Origin: an uncultured Actinomycetes bacterium
Lineage (GTDB): Bacteria > Actinomycetota > Coriobacteriia > Anaerosomatales > PHET01
DNA: 64,000 nucleotides
Assembly (NCBI GenBank): GCA_947085035.1
Contig: CAMTUW010000003.1
Coordinates: 27-64,026 of the forward strand
Direction: 5' to 3'
The position numbers were made by a program, and so were the translations under genes. The notes beneath the pieces were generated by a model that worked only from the letters and a program-made list of their open reading frames with translations, was not told the origin of the DNA and made no database searches. Each line of letters opens with the position of its first letter. Position 1 is the first letter of the stretch. This document shows, in pieces, positions 17,841-29,961 of this stretch.

Positions 17841-17925
17841 TGGTGGCGGCGGTGGGATTCGAACCCACAAGCCTTTCGGCCAGCGGATTTTAAGTCCGCC
17901 TCCTGTGCCTTTCGGATACGCCGCC
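17841..17925 (-). tRNA. tRNA-Leu (anticodon TAA)
   Basis: The minus strand reads GGCGGCGTATCCGAAAGGCACAGGAGGCGGACTTAAAATCCGC...GTGGGTTCGAATCCCACCGCCGCCACCA. It has a 7-bp acceptor stem, an anticodon loop CTTAAAA, a long variable arm, a T-loop GGTTCGAATCC and an encoded CCA. Confidence 0.9.
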
Positions 17926-18885
17926 TCATCGACCCCGTTCACGCAGGTCGGCAAAGGTGCCACCCAGTATCCCATACAGCACGTCGTGCTCGCTCACCGT
18001 CATGTGGCCAAGTCCGGACAGTGCGAGCACCGTCTCGAGGATGAGCGCGCCGGCAACGATCACGCCCGCCCGCTCAGGGTGCAGCCCCGTCACCGAGCGC
18101 CGCTCCTCCAGCGTGAGCGCAACAAGCATCTCGAGCAGGTCGGCGAGGTCAGAGCCTGACAGCTCGTACCCGTGCACCGCTTCGGCGTCGTAAGGATCAA
18201 GCGCGAGCCGGATGGCAGCGAGCGACGTCACGGTGCCGGCAAGCCCGATCATCTCTCGCGGCTTGGCGTCGAGTCGATCGAAGTAGGCGCGCATCTCGCG
18301 AGTCGCCCATTCGCGCGCGACGTCGAGTTCACCGGTCGTTGGCGGGTCGCCGTGCAGATACCTCTCGGTCATCCGCCGTGACCCCACGTCGATCGATCTG
18401 GCCGCGTCGATGCGCGTCTCGCGGACTCCGTCTCGCAGCTCCACGCTGCCAAGCACGAGCTCGGTCGAGCCGCCTCCGCTGTCCACGACCAAGAGTCCCT
18501 CACCGACGCGCGAGAACGTGGCGCCCGAAAACGCGAGCGCAGCCTCCTCGACACCGTCGATTATCATCGTCTCGGTCCCTCGGACGGCGAGCAGCGCGCG
18601 GAACTCCTCGCCGTTGTCGGCGTCGCGGCTGGCGCTCGTCGCAACGGCGCTCGTGCGCTCCGCCCCGTACTCGCCGATTCTCACGACATAGTCGGCGACG
18701 ACATCGGCCACCCGTCGCATCGCTTCATCGGCGAGCCGCCCGCTGCGTGCGAGGCCCTCGCCCAGATGCGTGATGTCGGTCGAACGGTAGACCTCGGTGA
18801 TCGCATCAGCGCCCACGTCGGCGATGAGCAACCGCGAGGTCACGGTTCCCAGATCGATCGCCGCGAGCCGCCGTGTCTCAGTCAC
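17926..18885 (-). CDS. ppx: Ppx/GppA-family exopolyphosphatase
   Basis: LAAIDLGTVTSRLLI...VATSASRDA.NG..F...VVDSGGGSTELVLG (ASKHA phosphatase motifs). GTG start at 18885 overlaps the upstream stop. Its stop codon abuts the tRNA-Leu 5' end. Confidence 0.88.
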   Translation of the reverse strand: MTETRRLAAIDLGTVTSRLLIADVGADAITEVYRSTDITHLGEGLARSGRLADEAMRRVADVVADYVVRIGEYGAERTSAVATSASRDADNGEEFRALLAVRGTETMIIDGVEEAALAFSGATFSRVGEGLLVVDSGGGSTELVLGSVELRDGVRETRIDAARSIDVGSRRMTERYLHGDPPTTGELDVAREWATREMRAYFDRLDAKPREMIGLAGTVTSLAAIRLALDPYDAEAVHGYELSGSDLADLLEMLVALTLEERRSVTGLHPERAGVIVAGALILETVLALSGLGHMTVSEHDVLYGILGGTFADLRERGR

Positions 18886-19387
18886 AGGAGCGCTCCTCGC
18901 ATCTTGCGTCAGGACAGGAGTCCCCGGTGAGCGCGAGCACCTCGGCGCCAACAGGATCATCCACGCCCGCGAGCGCGAGCGCGACGTGCGCGTGCAGGCA
19001 CTTGACCAGCAGTGGATCGCGCTGACCCGCGAGCCCGACGCTGGCGCACGCATCGTCTCCCCCGGACTCAGCCGATCGCAGAAGCCTCATCTGGGCGTCA
19101 GCCGCACGAAGGGCCACGGCCAGCTCCGGTTCGCTCGCCACACGTGTCGCCCAGCGAGCCACAGCGCCGCCCGATTCGAGAGTCGCGACCTGCTCGCTCA
19201 GGAACGGGCAGGTCAGCCAGGCCCATGTGGGAAACGGAGTCCCGTCTTCGAGCCGTGAGGGCGAGGCGATCACCGTGGGATACCCGTGGCGACACCGCGA
19301 GACAACGCGCCACGGAGCGCGAGGCATCCGGCCGATCTGTGACTCGACCAGCCTCGCTTCAAGTGTGATGGGCTCGTTTCGCGTCAC
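18878..19387 (-). CDS. DUF501 domain protein
   Basis: GTPFPTWAWLTCPFL...LES.G motif, and the conserved actinobacterial position between ftsB and ppx. GTG start in a GTGA overlap with ftsB. Confidence 0.75.
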   Translation of the reverse strand: MTRNEPITLEARLVESQIGRMPRAPWRVVSRCRHGYPTVIASPSRLEDGTPFPTWAWLTCPFLSEQVATLESGGAVARWATRVASEPELAVALRAADAQMRLLRSAESGGDDACASVGLAGQRDPLLVKCLHAHVALALAGVDDPVGAEVLALTGDSCPDARCEERSCD

Positions 19388-19947
19388 TGCACCTGGAAGA
19401 CGAAGTCGAGAAGCGCGGTCCACTGGTCGTCCGACCCGGTGGGTGTGTAGTCGCTGTCGATGCGAGGGCGCTTCGCCTTGCTCGGCTGCATGGACTCGGG
19501 CAGGCCTTGTACGACGGCGATGCTCTCGCCCCGCTTGACCAGACCGAGTCGCGTCCGGGCGTAGTCCTCGACGCCTTCGGGGGTTCTGAGCCGCTCGACC
19601 TCCTTGCTCAGGCGAACGTTGCGGGCCTCAAGCGCGGCGAATTCGTTCTCGAGCCGAGCCAGGTCCCTCGCCTCACGGTACTGCACACGAGCAACGGGAT
19701 AGTAGGTGAACACGAAGACGGTGACGACCAGAAGAATCACCAGCGGCGCCACCCACCAACCGTTTCCCGGCGCGTCGCATGAGCGAGTGGTCGCGACGGC
19801 TCGCTTCGCAGAGGTCTTCGGGGTGCGCGCAGAAGTCGTCGCGCGCGCTCCACCGTTTGTGGTGGATCGCCGCGTCGTCGCTGAAGCCCCATGTCGCGTG
19901 TTTCTCGGTATCATGCGCCCTGAGAAGTCCTGTAGGAAGGCCAGCAT
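19384..19947 (-). CDS. ftsB: septum formation initiator FtsB/DivIC family protein
   Basis: Basic N-terminal tail, a single TM (WWVAPLVILLVVTVFVFTYY), a coiled coil (REARDLARLENEFAALEARNVRLSKEVERL) and YARTRLGLVKRGE. The start codon is uncertain (19992/19947/19914). Confidence 0.8.
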   Translation of the reverse strand: MLAFLQDFSGRMIPRNTRHGASATTRRSTTNGGARATTSARTPKTSAKRAVATTRSCDAPGNGWWVAPLVILLVVTVFVFTYYPVARVQYREARDLARLENEFAALEARNVRLSKEVERLRTPEGVEDYARTRLGLVKRGESIAVVQGLPESMQPSKAKRPRIDSDYTPTGSDDQWTALLDFVFQVQ

Positions 19948-20066
19948 CTCGATGCGGTAGCGTCGTCCGCATCGACTCGATGGTAGCACCATTCCAGGCG
20001 CATGTCGTCTAGATGTCTACTTGAGGTTCACTGATACGAACAGGTGTTTGTGCTTCATCGACGGGG

Positions 20067-21461
20067 CTACAGCGTGTGCACGTGGATGAAGTCAGTGCCC
20101 CCCGGCACACTCGACCCGAGCCCTGCCGTGACGGCGATACGGTCTCCGGGGCCCGCGATTCCCGCCGCCCGAACCGCGACCATCGCAGCGTCGAGCAGCG
20201 CTCCTGTGTCGGTTGGCAGCGAAGCCGTGAGGGTCTGGACGCCCCAGATAAGCGAGAGACGACGAGCGACCGCCGGAGTCGGAGCGATGGCCACGATCGG
20301 AGTCTGCGGCCGATACCGCGAGACCGCGAGCGCCGTCGCCCCCGATTGCGTCATGGTGACGATAGCCGCCAGATCGAGTTCCGAGGCCAGATCGCTCACC
20401 GCGGCACTGACCGCGGCCTGCACATCGTTTCGAAGTCCCGGGTACGGCGGACCGACCGGCGGCGCGGCATCTTCAGCCGCCTCGGCGATACGCGCCATCG
20501 TGAGGACCGATTCCACCGGGTAGGCGCCCACGGCGGTCTCGCCCGAGAGCATCACGGCATCCGCCCGCCCGAAGATGGCATTGGCGACATCGCTCGCCTC
20601 CGCGCGTGTGGGACGCGGACGCTCGCGCATCGAATCGAGCATCTCGGTGGCGATGATCACCGGTTTTCTCAGTGCGCGGGCCGCCGTCACTATCCGGCGC
20701 TGCAGCACCGGGACGCGCTCCGGCGAAGTCTCGACGGCCAAATCACCCCGGGCCACCATGACCGCATCGGCCGCCTCGATGATCGCCTCCAAGTCGTCGG
20801 CCGCCTCGTGTTTCTCGATCTTGGCGACGATCGGGATCGGCATGTCTCCCATGAGCGCCCGCAACGCCTCCACGTCAGCGGCTGTGCGCACGAACGACTG
20901 TCCGATCCAGTCGATCCCGTTGGCAAGCGCCCATGTGATGAGCTCGACATCGCGTGGCGTGATCGGCTGGACCGACAGCGTCACTCCGGGCACGTTCACG
21001 CCCTTGCGGCTCTGTAACACCCCACCGGTCACAACGCGTGTCAGCACGCCGTCCTCGCTCGCCGATTCGACCACGAGCTCGATGCGGCCGTCGTCGATGA
21101 GGATGCGATCCGAAACCCGCACGTCGCTGGCGAGTCCCCGGTGGGTGACGCACGCACGGGTCGCGTCGCCGACACACTCTGTGAACGCGAGTGTGAACGC
21201 GCCGCCCGCCTCGAGCACGGTACCTGCGGCCATCTCGCCAACGCGCAGTTTCGGACCCGGCAGGTCGAGCAGGACCCCTATGTCGCGCCCCGCCCCTTCG
21301 GCCGCCGCCCGTACCGCCGAAAGCCGCTTCTCAAGCTCGGTCACATCGGAGTGGGCGCCGTTCAGGCGAACGACGTCGACCCCCGCCGCGATGACTTGTG
21401 CGAGCACATCTTGCGGGTCCGTGGAGGGTCCGAGCGTGACGACGATCCTCGTGCGCCGCAT
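20067..21461 (-). CDS. pyk: pyruvate kinase
   Basis: 464 aa with RRTRIVVTLGP...VVRLN.AH...MVARGDLAVE...TEMLDSM motifs. Confidence 0.93.
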   Translation of the reverse strand: MRRTRIVVTLGPSTDPQDVLAQVIAAGVDVVRLNGAHSDVTELEKRLSAVRAAAEGAGRDIGVLLDLPGPKLRVGEMAAGTVLEAGGAFTLAFTECVGDATRACVTHRGLASDVRVSDRILIDDGRIELVVESASEDGVLTRVVTGGVLQSRKGVNVPGVTLSVQPITPRDVELITWALANGIDWIGQSFVRTAADVEALRALMGDMPIPIVAKIEKHEAADDLEAIIEAADAVMVARGDLAVETSPERVPVLQRRIVTAARALRKPVIIATEMLDSMRERPRPTRAEASDVANAIFGRADAVMLSGETAVGAYPVESVLTMARIAEAAEDAAPPVGPPYPGLRNDVQAAVSAAVSDLASELDLAAIVTMTQSGATALAVSRYRPQTPIVAIAPTPAVARRLSLIWGVQTLTASLPTDTGALLDAAMVAVRAAGIAGPGDRIAVTAGLGSSVPGGTDFIHVHTL

Positions 21462-21469
21462 GATGTCCC

Positions 21470-22393
21470 CTAGTCGACGTGTTTGGGCAGTCTCACAAGT
21501 TGGATACCCTCGTCTACACGCCGCACGGTCAATTCGTCTCGAGCGAGTCGGTGAGCGGCGGTACGAAGATTCCCGTAGAGCCGCTCGATCCCCCCGGCTT
21601 CGGTGCGTAACAGAATGGCGCGATCTCCCCCCGCGAGGAAGTAGCGCACCAACCGAGTGGCCGCCCCCCGAGGCGCGGGATACGGCACTTCAAGCGAGCG
21701 CGCCTCGACCTCCCACGATTCGTCCGCTTCGCACCGCTGACACCACTTCTCGACGCCTGCCACTAATATGATCGCTCTTCGTTGTCCGCGCTCCCCGCAT
21801 TCACCGCTCGTGACGACACGAACGCGCACATCGAAACTCTGGATGGCCGCCGAGCGGGCGAGATACGCCCAGTCCATGGACCCGTCGTCATCGAGGAGCA
21901 TCACGATGCGATCGCGCACGTGGACGGCGAGCATGTTGAGCAGGGTGAGAAGCCCCATGCCGCGTCGCGGGGTGAACGTCACGACGGCGTTGTCGAACAC
22001 CGCGGCCTCGGTGAGGTCCTCCACCATCCCGAGCATGGTGGCGAGCTTCGGGTCGTTGGCGACGTCACTCACGAGCATGCGTCGCAGCAAGCCTTCCGAA
22101 GGCTCCAGAGCGATGAGCGAGTCAGCCCGCGTCAGAAGCGGACGAGTGAGAAGCCCCGTCGCCGCGCCCACTTCGAGCAGTGTCGAGCTGTAGGGAACCT
22201 CTTCGAGCAGCGCCTCGACCAGCTCTGGAAAGACACGCTCCTGACCGAACGCGTGATCGTAGCTGTTCGCGAGGCGCTCACGATGCGCCAAGGCGAACTC
22301 CAGCGGCATGCCGAAGCGTCTCTCCTCGGCTGTCGGTCCGTGTGACCCGCGCTCGCTCACGTCACGCTCCTCATTCGCCGGACGACCGGACAC
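21470..22393 (-). CDS. putative class I SAM-dependent methyltransferase-fold protein with uncharacterised C-terminal domain
   Basis: LLEVGAATGLLTRPL resembles SAM motif I and LIALEPSEG resembles motif II. The C-terminal ~120 aa has no motif I recognise. Start is uncertain (GTG 22393 or ATG 22309). Confidence 0.5.
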   Translation of the reverse strand: MSGRPANEERDVSERGSHGPTAEERRFGMPLEFALAHRERLANSYDHAFGQERVFPELVEALLEEVPYSSTLLEVGAATGLLTRPLLTRADSLIALEPSEGLLRRMLVSDVANDPKLATMLGMVEDLTEAAVFDNAVVTFTPRRGMGLLTLLNMLAVHVRDRIVMLLDDDGSMDWAYLARSAAIQSFDVRVRVVTSGECGERGQRRAIILVAGVEKWCQRCEADESWEVEARSLEVPYPAPRGAATRLVRYFLAGGDRAILLRTEAGGIERLYGNLRTAAHRLARDELTVRRVDEGIQLVRLPKHVD

Positions 22394-24483
<2,090 letters not shown>

Positions 24484-24484
24484 G

Positions 24485-25465
24485 CTACTTCGCGGTGGTT
24501 TCCTGCGACCCCTTGCCTGCAGCGGGGGTCTTCAGTTCCTCGACCAGGATCTCGATCTTGGCCTTCTTGCGAAGATCGTCGAGGAACTTCTGGTACGCGT
24601 CGGCGCGGCGCTGCTGGATCAGGATCTGCTCGATCTGATCCTTGACGTCGGCGAACTTCTTCTGTGACGCGGTCCGCACATCGGTGACGCGGATGATGTG
24701 CCACCCATAGGGGGTCTGAACGAGACCCGAGGTCTTGCCCTTGCCAAGCTTGGCGAGGGCGGCCTCGAACTCGGGCACATACGGAGTCGTGGGCCAGCCC
24801 AGATCGCCGCCGTTGGCCTTGGTGGCGGTGTCGACCGAGTACTGCTTCGCCAGCGCGCCGAAGTCACCACCGTTCTTGATCTGGTCGAGGACCTGCTGGG
24901 CGGTCTTCTTGTCCTCGGGCTTGAACAGGATGTGCGTGGCGCGCTTCGCGGCGGCCTGCGAGAACTGCGCTTTGTTCTTCTCGAAGTACGTCTTGAGCTC
25001 GGCTTCGGGGACCTTGGTGTCCTTGGCCAGCGACTCGATGAGCTTCTGGGTTATCAGCTGATCCCTGATCTGCTTCGTCAGGGACTCGAGCGTCATATTG
25101 GCGCTTTTGAGGGCCGACTGGAACTGAGCGTCGTCCTTGAATCCGGTCTTGAGCTGCTCGACTTGCTTGGCGACCTCTGCGTCGGTGACCTTGAGGCCCT
25201 TGTCAACGGCGGCTTGCTCGATGAGCTTCTGGTTGATCAGGCTGTCGAGAAGACGCTGCTTGAAGTCGATGAGGCGACCTTCGCCATCGGTGCCCTCGAA
25301 CATGTCGGGATACTGTTTCTTGAGTTGCTCGACCTGCTTGTCAAGCTCCTCGAGACTGATGCGATCGCCGTTCACCTTCGCGGCGACGTCAGCGCTCTTG
25401 CATCCTCCCGCGAAAGCCAGACCCGCGACAAGCGCCACGGCCAATACGATTCGAGTGAGCTTCAT
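24485..25465 (-). CDS. PrsA/SurA-like parvulin peptidyl-prolyl isomerase lipoprotein
   Basis: Start trimmed to MKLTRIVLAVALVAGLAFAGGC (lipobox). Parvulin core HILF...DLG...GWHIIRV. Confidence 0.85.
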   Translation of the reverse strand: MKLTRIVLAVALVAGLAFAGGCKSADVAAKVNGDRISLEELDKQVEQLKKQYPDMFEGTDGEGRLIDFKQRLLDSLINQKLIEQAAVDKGLKVTDAEVAKQVEQLKTGFKDDAQFQSALKSANMTLESLTKQIRDQLITQKLIESLAKDTKVPEAELKTYFEKNKAQFSQAAAKRATHILFKPEDKKTAQQVLDQIKNGGDFGALAKQYSVDTATKANGGDLGWPTTPYVPEFEAALAKLGKGKTSGLVQTPYGWHIIRVTDVRTASQKKFADVKDQIEQILIQQRRADAYQKFLDDLRKKAKIEILVEELKTPAAGKGSQETTAK

Positions 25466-25469
25466 CCGG

Positions 25470-28400
25470 TCATTCCTCCAGATAGCCAGTGTCGGACAGA
25501 GTGGAGTATATAGCACCAAGCATGCTAAGGGCGGCACGCGTCACAGACTCTCCATATCCTATCGGCAACGCGAGTTCCCTCTTGCGCTCAAGATGGACGG
25601 CGCCCAACGTTGCGGCGCGCCCGCGCTGCTCGTCGTCGAGGGAGACCGGCGAGAGCATGAGCCGGTTCCTCACGACCGCGATATTCGTCACCTTGTGGTC
25701 GGCGGCGATGGCCTTGATGCGCGCGATGTCGATGAGGTTGCGGACCGCCTCGGGCGGCGCCCCGTGACTCTCGGCGAGCTCGGCCGCGACGGCGTCAACC
25801 GTCTCGATCGTGGGCGCTCCGGCCAGACGCCGGTAGTAGCGGACGCGTTCGTCGACGTCGGCGACGTACTCCTCGGCGATGAACGCCGGGATCGGCAGAT
25901 CCACGCGGATGTCGGGATGCGCGACGACCGGCTCTCCGCGCGCCTCGCCCACGGCCTCCGTGAGCATCGCCGCGAACAGGTCGAACCCTACCGCCGAGAG
26001 GCTCCCGTGCTGCTCAGCACCGATGAGCGAGCCGGCACCGCGGATCTCGAGGTCGCGCATGGCCACCTTGATGCCGCTTCCCAGGTCGTCGTACTCGCGA
26101 ATGGCGGTGAGTCGCTCGACGGCGGATTCGGTGAGCGCACTTTCCCGAGGGAACAAGAAGAGCGCGTAGGCCTTCACGTGACTGCGGCCCACGCGCCCTT
26201 TGAGCTGGTAGAGCTGCGCGAGGCCCAGTCGTTGCGAGTCCTCGATGATGACGGTGTTCGAGTGCGGGTTGTCGATTCCCGACTCGATGATCGTCGTTGC
26301 CACGAGCACGTCGGCCTCATTGGCGGCGAACTGCTCCATGACCGCTTCGAGCTGCTTCTCGCTCATCTGGCCATGCGCGACGACTATGCGTGCCTCCGGA
26401 GCGGCAGCGCGTACGCGCTCAACCGCGTCGTCGATCGTCTTGACGCGGTTCGAGACGTAGTAGATCTGCCCGCCTCGCTCGAGTTCGCGCCTGATCGCCC
26501 CGCTCACGACGTCTTCGTCCCACTCGCCCACTTGGACTGAGACGGGGAAGCGGTTCGGCGGAGCCGTGTCGATGATCGACATGTCGCGCACGCCTGATAG
26601 CGACATCTGCAGCGTACGCGGAATCGGCGTCGCACTCATCGACAACACGTCGACTTGCTCGCGCAGGTTCGTGAGGTGCTCCTTGTGCTCGACGCCGAAG
26701 CGCTGCTCCTCGTCGATGATGATGAGCCCCAGGTCCTTCGGCACCACGTCTCGCGACAGAAGCCGGTGAGTGCCCACAAGCAACGAGACGTCACCTGCGG
26801 CGAAGGCTTCAAGAGCGACCTTCTGCTGCGCATCGGTACGGAAGCGCGAGAGGACCTCGACCTTCTCGTCGAAGGGCGCGAAGCGTTCGCTGAAGGTCGT
26901 GAAGTGCTGCTGCGCGAGGATCGTCGTCGGGCACAGCAGCATGACCTGCTTGCCGTCTTGGACCGCCTTGAACGCGGCCCGGATCGCAACCTCCGTCTTG
27001 CCGTAGCCCACGTCTCCGCAGATGAGGCGGTCCATGGGCTTGTCCGACTCCATGTCGGCCTTGACGTCGGCTATGGCGGCGAGCTGGTCGGGCGTCTCCA
27101 GATACGGGAACATCGCCTCCATCTCGAGCTGCCAGGGCGTGTCTGCCCCGTACGCGTGGCCGGCCACCGTCGATCGACGCGCGTAGAGATCCACGAGGTC
27201 GAACGCGAGTTGGCGCACCGACGCGCGCGCCTTGCCGGTCGCGCGGCTCCAGTCCGCGGTGTTGAGGCGCGTGACCCGGGGAGCCGACCCGTCGGGCCCG
27301 ACGTACTTGGTCACACGGTCGATCTGCTCGACCGGCACGAAGAGTCTGTCGCCCTTCGCGTACTCGAGGAGCAGGTAGTCGCGCTCGATGCCGAGCACTT
27401 CTTGGCGCACGACCTCCCTGAACAGCGCGATACCGTGCGTCACATGCACGACGTAGTCGCCGGGAGCGAAGGGGAACGTCATGCGCGTCGGATCGATCTC
27501 GCGGCGACGACGGCGCACCATGCTTCGAGGGTAGACGTCATCGACGCTGATGAGGGCGACGCGCGCATCCGGGATGACGAACCCGGCCGGCACGTCGGTA
27601 TCGGCGAGCTCAACGACATCGGCCCGCTGACGAGACGCGCCGGTCGGCGCGTCCGGAGTCGTATCCGACTCCTCGTGCGCGACGTGGTCGCGCTCCTCGC
27701 TGATCGACAGCCCGGTCTCGACGAGCAGGTCGCCGATGCGGCGACGCGCCCGGCGGTCGGGCACCGCGACCGTCACTCGGTACCCCGCCGACAGTAACGA
27801 ACGCACGCCGCCGACGAAGCGCTCCTCGCCACCGGAGACCTCGGGGCGGCGTGCGGCGAGCTCGGCGTCGACCCCGCTTCCCGCGCGAAGGAGCGAGAGC
27901 AGCGTGAGGCGCTGGCGGTCGCCGAAGTCGAGCTGCGACGGCGACAGGTACAGGCCGTCGAGCGGCGCTTTGCCCGGTACGACCGAGCGGTGACCAGCGG
28001 CCTTCGCGGCAGCGTCGATCTCCTCGCGCCGACGCACTGCGTCGTCGAACAATGAGCGGGGCTCGGCGACCACGACGAGCGTGTCGGAACCCAGATACTC
28101 AGTCGCGCACGCAGCGCGCTTGTAGAGCAGCGGCAGATAACGCTCGACGCCGTTGAAGACGACGCCTTGCTCGAGCAGCTCGAGTTCGTGAGCGAGCTCC
28201 GGATCCTTGAGTGCGCGCTCGCGCAGAATCTGGGAGGCCGCCTCGGCGCCGCGCTTCGAGAGGCGCAGCTCGCGGCAGGGGCTGATCTCGACCGGGCCGC
28301 TCGCACCGACCACCTGGCCCGTTCCCGGCAGATAGCGATTGAGCGTCTCGATCTCGTCGCCGAAGAGCTCTGCGCGCACGGGATGCTGGCTGCCCGCTCC

Positions 28401-28952
28401 GAAGATGTCGAGAATGCCGCCGCGCACCGCGAAGGTACCCGGCTCGTCGGCCGCCTCGACGCGCGAGTAGCCCATGCGCACGAGCAACGCGACGGTCTCC
28501 TCGAGGTCGATCTCGGCACCAGTGGAGAGCGTCAGCGGGTCGAAGATCCCGCTCCCCTGCGGAACCACCGCACGCAGGAGCGCAAGAACCGAGGCGACCA
28601 CAACGACAGGGCGGTTCTTATCGAGCGCATGAAGCGCCTTCGCCCGCGCGCCGATCTCGGCCAGATTCGGCGCGGCGGTGCCCCACGGCAGGTCCGAGCG
28701 AGCGGGAAGCCGCAAGACGCGCTCCTGCCCGAGGAAGGCGGCCGTCTGGCGCCAGAAGCGCTCGGCCGCCTCCTCGCCCGCAAGCGCGACGAAGATCGGA
28801 CGCGGACGGAGCACATAGACCGCGGCGACGAGCGCCGGTCGCACGAGCCCGGGAACGGCCAGCGTGGCGTCGTCGCCCCGCGAGAGCATGCCCTCGATCA
28901 CCGAGAAGGACTTCGAGTCGGACAGCGAGGTGGCGAGACGGTCGATGAGCAT
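25470..28952 (-). CDS. mfd: transcription-repair coupling factor
   Basis: About 1160 aa with the RNAP-interaction/CarD-like region (GDYVVHVTHGIALF), SF2 helicase motifs (GDVGYGKTEVA, DEEQRFG, SATPIPRT) and a TRG motif region. Start taken at ATG 28952 (the ORF-track start at 29054 is also possible). Confidence 0.93.
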   Translation of the reverse strand: MLIDRLATSLSDSKSFSVIEGMLSRGDDATLAVPGLVRPALVAAVYVLRPRPIFVALAGEEAAERFWRQTAAFLGQERVLRLPARSDLPWGTAAPNLAEIGARAKALHALDKNRPVVVVASVLALLRAVVPQGSGIFDPLTLSTGAEIDLEETVALLVRMGYSRVEAADEPGTFAVRGGILDIFGAGSQHPVRAELFGDEIETLNRYLPGTGQVVGASGPVEISPCRELRLSKRGAEAASQILRERALKDPELAHELELLEQGVVFNGVERYLPLLYKRAACATEYLGSDTLVVVAEPRSLFDDAVRRREEIDAAAKAAGHRSVVPGKAPLDGLYLSPSQLDFGDRQRLTLLSLLRAGSGVDAELAARRPEVSGGEERFVGGVRSLLSAGYRVTVAVPDRRARRRIGDLLVETGLSISEERDHVAHEESDTTPDAPTGASRQRADVVELADTDVPAGFVIPDARVALISVDDVYPRSMVRRRRREIDPTRMTFPFAPGDYVVHVTHGIALFREVVRQEVLGIERDYLLLEYAKGDRLFVPVEQIDRVTKYVGPDGSAPRVTRLNTADWSRATGKARASVRQLAFDLVDLYARRSTVAGHAYGADTPWQLEMEAMFPYLETPDQLAAIADVKADMESDKPMDRLICGDVGYGKTEVAIRAAFKAVQDGKQVMLLCPTTILAQQHFTTFSERFAPFDEKVEVLSRFRTDAQQKVALEAFAAGDVSLLVGTHRLLSRDVVPKDLGLIIIDEEQRFGVEHKEHLTNLREQVDVLSMSATPIPRTLQMSLSGVRDMSIIDTAPPNRFPVSVQVGEWDEDVVSGAIRRELERGGQIYYVSNRVKTIDDAVERVRAAAPEARIVVAHGQMSEKQLEAVMEQFAANEADVLVATTIIESGIDNPHSNTVIIEDSQRLGLAQLYQLKGRVGRSHVKAYALFLFPRESALTESAVERLTAIREYDDLGSGIKVAMRDLEIRGAGSLIGAEQHGSLSAVGFDLFAAMLTEAVGEARGEPVVAHPDIRVDLPIPAFIAEEYVADVDERVRYYRRLAGAPTIETVDAVAAELAESHGAPPEAVRNLIDIARIKAIAADHKVTNIAVVRNRLMLSPVSLDDEQRGRAATLGAVHLERKRELALPIGYGESVTRAALSMLGAIYSTLSDTGYLEE

Positions 28953-29124
28953 GGAAGCAGCTCCTTGAGAGCGGTCGCGAACAGCACGAACGCCCGCGGT
29001 CCGTATATGGACGCGCGGGTGGCCCAGCGTAGGGCGGGCGAGCGGCGAGGTCAAGGAAGCGCGAGCCGAGCGGTCCGACCGGCGAACGCAAGGAGTCCGC
29101 TCTCGATTCCATCAGTCACCGAGG

Positions 29125-29961
29125 CTAGCGCGAGCTGCTGGTCGCGAGTCCCGAGTCCATCATCTCGATCAAGTCGCACATCACCGAGAAGGCGTACTGT
29201 CGAAACTGCTCATCGTTCATGCCAGTGTAAGCCGTCAGAGGCCTCTGATTCAGGAGAGCGTCCACGCCCGCAGAGTCCGCGCAATCGAAGATCACAGCGA
29301 TGCTCTTTCGGGACTTCCTGAACCAAGCAGATTTCTGCGCGGCGAGCCGGACAAGCTCGGCTGCAATCAACCCTCGCCACTCCGGGAACGTATCAAGCAC
29401 GAAGAAGATGTAGTAGAGGTCCTTCTCCTTCTTGAGACGATCCCTGCGTTTCACAAACACCAGGGACTTGTGGAAGATGAAGGCACCGGGATTTGGTACG
29501 CGTACTGCGTAGCCGACCTCGCCATCCGTCAGCTCACCAAGATCGACGATCCAGGGATCCACAAGCATCAGCCCAACGTAGTGAAGCTCCTGAGCAGTGA
29601 GCCCCGATTGCACTGTGACCACTCCCTGCCTTGCCCCCGGAGCGTCGGTGATGAACTCAATCTCAATCTCTTGGCCGTCATCAACCGCCGAATACTTTGT
29701 CACCGGCGGCTTTGTGACCGAGGTGTACCGACACTCGAATTCGGCCGCGACGAGCATCTGATCGATGCTCGCGCCCCTGACTGGCACGGAGCGCGGAACG
29801 GCGAGGTCTATGTCCCGTGTACGGGGGGATCGCCCGGTGTTTGTGGCGTCGTATAGCAGTTCGTAAAGGTGAGGCACCCATCCGCCAGCGACCACCACCA
29901 CATCCAGATACGGCTCTATCGCTGACAGCCCTCTCGTAAGTACAGAATCTACGCCAATCAC
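29125..29961 (-). CDS. nucleotidyltransferase-fold protein (AbiEii / GSU2403-like), putative toxin/effector
   Basis: 278 aa. VVVAGGWVPHLY-x19-RTRDIDLAV fits the NTase G[GS]...DxD pattern used by AbiEii/DUF1814-type proteins. GTG start in a GTGA overlap with the upstream gene. Visibly lower GC than its neighbours. Confidence 0.55.
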   Translation of the reverse strand: MIGVDSVLTRGLSAIEPYLDVVVVAGGWVPHLYELLYDATNTGRSPRTRDIDLAVPRSVPVRGASIDQMLVAAEFECRYTSVTKPPVTKYSAVDDGQEIEIEFITDAPGARQGVVTVQSGLTAQELHYVGLMLVDPWIVDLGELTDGEVGYAVRVPNPGAFIFHKSLVFVKRRDRLKKEKDLYYIFFVLDTFPEWRGLIAAELVRLAAQKSAWFRKSRKSIAVIFDCADSAGVDALLNQRPLTAYTGMNDEQFRQYAFSVMCDLIEMMDSGLATSSSR

